Made by a program: the position numbers and the translations under genes. Under the pieces are notes generated by a model. It was not told the origin of the DNA and searched no databases. It saw nothing but the letters and a program-made list of their open reading frames with translations. Below, piece by piece: positions 41,971 to 44,247 of a stretch of 44,247 nucleotides of DNA. Source of the DNA: a virus. Lineage: Duplodnaviria > Caudoviricetes. Numbering within the stretch: position 1 is the first letter of the stretch; each line of letters starts with the position of its first letter. The stretch spans positions 1 through 44,247 of IMG/VR virus record IMGVR_UViG_3300020045_006119. One strand, 5' to 3'.

Positions 41971-41999
41971 TTGACACCATGCGCACGGACGCGCATAAT
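41971..41999 (+). promoter_or_regulatory. Sigma70 promoter pointing into the putative origin
   Basis: TTGACA-17-CATAAT. Confidence 0.65.
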
Positions 42000-42024
42000 C
42001 CACAAAACCTCGCGATACCCCCTG

Positions 42025-42329
42025 TAACACCTTGATTTAAAAAGTATTTTGTGAATTTACACGTTACACAAAATACACCCCGAATTTACACACGCAAGTC
42101 ATTGATTCAATGCGAATTTACGGATTTACAGTTACAAATTACTAATTGAGAAACAAGGAATCCACCCCCTATATATTTTAAAGATATATAGTATGTAAAT
42201 TCGTAAATCCGTAAATTCGCATATAATCAACAACTTACAAGTGATTTAATTTACACGTCAGTTTTTTTTATTATAAAAATCAATAGCTTACAAAGATATG
42301 AATTTACACGTTATTTTATGTAAATTCAC
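42025..42329. other. Putative replication origin (iterons plus IHF sites)
   Basis: About ten GRATTTAC-type octamers in both orientations; 19-bp inverted repeat 42111-42129/42203-42221; four WATCAANNNNTTR matches; AT-rich core. Confidence 0.7.
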
Positions 42330-42443
42330 TTTTATCGTTATTTACAATATATTTTTATATATTTGTATATTTATTCAAATCACTGTGCTATCATTTACCC
42401 AACGTCACAAAATAGTGACGGGTTAATCAATCGGAGAATCACA

Positions 42444-42686
42444 ATGAGTAATTTATCACAATCAATGAACATGAAATTTGGCAATGTTGACAACGCTCAT
42501 GTTATTACTGACACACGCCGCGATATAAATTTTTATGAAACGTTGTGCTTGATTTGCGCAGAACTCAACATTGACTTGAAAGAAGTCACAGATGCAGATT
42601 TTGACTCAGCTTCTATTATCCTTGAAGACTTTTGTAACGCAGCAAACGAAGAAACTGGCTATGAAGTTTCGGTTTGGTTTGACTAA
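42444..42686 (+). CDS. Acidic hypothetical protein, first gene of the rightward early operon
   Basis: SD GGAG before ATG 42444; upstream TGCTATCAT extended -10-like site. Confidence 0.7.
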   Translation: MSNLSQSMNMKFGNVDNAHVITDTRRDINFYETLCLICAELNIDLKEVTDADFDSASIILEDFCNAANEETGYEVSVWFD

Positions 42687-42730
42687 ATATAATTTAACAG
42701 CGCAAGGACGCGCAATAACTGGAGAATCAC

Positions 42731-43048
42731 ATGAACAAAATCACAGAATTAGAAGCAGACTTTGGCGTGATACGCGCCACACGTCAAAAAGTAGTTACAG
42801 CAATCCCTTACCCTTTCGAGCCAGAATCATGCGGATTTTCAATCTGTCCGTTTTTTGAATTGGCTTATGAGTACCCTACATTTACAATGAGCGTTTATGC
42901 GGATTATGGAGTAATACCCGCGCCACGCTGGGCAATGTTTGAAGTGATTGACGGCAAGTGGTTTGTGCTGGAAACAGGCGACTATGCGCAGCGTGTTGAT
43001 GAGATGTTGAACGTACTGATTAGTGTGTTTGGTGGCGAACGTGGCTAA
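42731..43048 (+). CDS. Hypothetical protein
   Basis: SD GGAG. Confidence 0.7.
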   Translation: MNKITELEADFGVIRATRQKVVTAIPYPFEPESCGFSICPFFELAYEYPTFTMSVYADYGVIPAPRWAMFEVIDGKWFVLETGDYAQRVDEMLNVLISVFGGERG

Positions 43049-43343
43049 TAAAACCTACGAAGTATCGGTTAAATTCGACGTTCACACAGCAACCGATACC
43101 CACGCAATAAACTCCCGACTGTTTGTCATGCTATGGGAATCACCGGCAACGCTTGAGGATGCAGCAGAGCGTGAGATTGTCGGCATATCTCTTGAATCAT
43201 TCGACAGCGGGCATCTTGTTGTTAATGTTGAACAGGCTGAACAGCTTGAAAGCCACATGATTAGTATTTTAGAAATTCGGTTTGAGAAACACAAAACGGA
43301 TTATCAGTTGAGTAGTTTATTTTTAGGGGATGGCTATGAGTAA
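43041..43343 (+). CDS. Hypothetical protein
   Basis: GTG start overlapping the previous gene. Confidence 0.6.
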   Translation: MANKTYEVSVKFDVHTATDTHAINSRLFVMLWESPATLEDAAEREIVGISLESFDSGHLVVNVEQAEQLESHMISILEIRFEKHKTDYQLSSLFLGDGYE

Positions 43344-43515
43344 TGTATCAAAGCAAACAATAGATCGGTGCATAGAAGCATTATCGGACATAAGAGACGG
43401 ATTGGAAGAACAAATCGTTTATGACGATGAAAACGATTGTTTTCTTGATTGCCAAGACAACACAGACAGAATATATGTTACTGGGCTAATTAGTGATTTG
43501 GAGGAAACGCTATGA
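43336..43515 (+). CDS. Acidic hypothetical protein
   Basis: SD GGGG; overlapping junctions. Confidence 0.6.
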   Translation: MSNVSKQTIDRCIEALSDIRDGLEEQIVYDDENDCFLDCQDNTDRIYVTGLISDLEETL

Positions 43516-43637
43516 TTAATAAACCAGTGTGGATGATTTCACAACACAACCGCCCATCAAAACGCCCAGCCCCGCCAGGGTTATGGGTTTTGTTTGGTTT
43601 GGTAGTAGTTGGTATTGTGCTGGAGGTGTTGTTGTGA
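43512..43637 (+). CDS. Small TM protein (41 aa)
   Basis: SD GGAGG; MINKPVW...GLWVLFGLVVVGIVLEVLL; ATGA and GTGA overlaps. Confidence 0.55.
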   Translation: MINKPVWMISQHNRPSKRPAPPGLWVLFGLVVVGIVLEVLL

Positions 43638-43822
43638 TTATTTGTGATCCAGTGGACGTTGAAGACGTTACACTACAACAGGTGTTAAAATACACCGAAA
43701 AACACAAACTGTTGATTTATCATGATGAGTGGGAAAGTTTACAGGATACTTTTAACCGTGTGTGTCATGCCAGTTATTCACGGACACAGCGTGAAATTTA
43801 TGATGAGATGTTGGGATTATGA
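43634..43822 (+). CDS. Hypothetical protein
   Basis: SD GGAGG then GTG 43634, preferred over 43529. Confidence 0.55.
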   Translation: MIICDPVDVEDVTLQQVLKYTEKHKLLIYHDEWESLQDTFNRVCHASYSRTQREIYDEMLGL

Positions 43823-44139
43823 GTGCCTTATCAAAATTAATTAAGTTCCCTCGCGTTTCTCAAGCTACGCACGACAAATACCAAAAACAGCACGATGAAA
43901 TCATTGCCAAGGTAGTTGCTGGGAAAGCCGTGGCATTCGTCGGTAACGCCACTATTTGCCATACCTGCAACAAAGTAAACGAGCGAGGTTGGGTGCTTGG
44001 GTGCAAGTGCGGCGGCGTTACTCAGCACGGGTTTTTAGTAAAAAACGGCAGCGAGGAAAATAGTTTTATGACAATGGACGATGTTGAGTCGCTTGATGTG
44101 TCGTTGATTGATTTGTTTTCGGGCAAGGTGTTGTTGTGA
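43819..44139 (+). CDS. Hypothetical protein with CxxC...CxC motif
   Basis: ATGA overlap; CHTC...CKCGG. Confidence 0.65.
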   Translation: MSALSKLIKFPRVSQATHDKYQKQHDEIIAKVVAGKAVAFVGNATICHTCNKVNERGWVLGCKCGGVTQHGFLVKNGSEENSFMTMDDVESLDVSLIDLFSGKVLL

Positions 44140-44247
44140 GCATCTGCAACCAGTGCAATTGGGTAGACACCTGCAAAAACGTCAGCCAAACAGTGAGCGG
44201 CGTACCATTGCCGCCACTATCACAACGCGGCGCAAAGCCGTCATGTT
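44118..44247 (+). repeat. Terminal direct repeat, right copy
   Basis: Matches 1-130. Confidence 0.95.

Noticed and set aside
42025-42329. CRISPR-like array
   Set aside because: Repeats are 8-16 bp, irregularly spaced and in both orientations, with no constant-length spacers or cas genes; iterons fit better.

Overview
The window is an apparently complete, circularly assembled ~44.1 kb tailed-phage genome: bases 1-130 recur at 44118-44247 with 5 mismatches. The + strand carries a lysis cassette (holin-like protein, GH19 endolysin), a tRNA-Thr(UGU), TerS/TerL, portal, head genes and a contractile-tail/baseplate module. This gene set and order resemble small Bcep781/Obolenskvirus-type myoviruses of Proteobacteria (inference). 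The rest holds small early genes, a Cro-like gene, a Sak4/SSB/Gp157/SF2-helicase/VRR-NUC operon, a Dda/RecD-like helicase split by a class 3 intein, a primase fusion, a Rha-domain gene and an iteron/IHF-rich putative origin. I see no integrase, CI repressor, DNA polymerase, CRISPR array or reverse transcriptase. The most unusual signals are regulatory. (1) Two leader RNAs share one architecture but use different, perfectly complementary 7-nt kissing-loop pairs between a 5' hairpin and a terminator; they precede the KilA-N and Rha genes. (2) The Rha protein carries a diverged copy of the primase C-terminal domain and sits between the primase and the origin, suggesting an RNA-gated replication-control module. 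(3) Both free-standing GIY-YIG endonucleases have a three-way-junction leader with an anti-SD loop and a decoy SD. (4) A promoter- and terminator-bounded sRNA is complementary to early-gene RBSs. (5) The tRNA has a compensatory G19-C56 to A19-U56 elbow swap. All family assignments come from motif recognition by eye; no searches were run.
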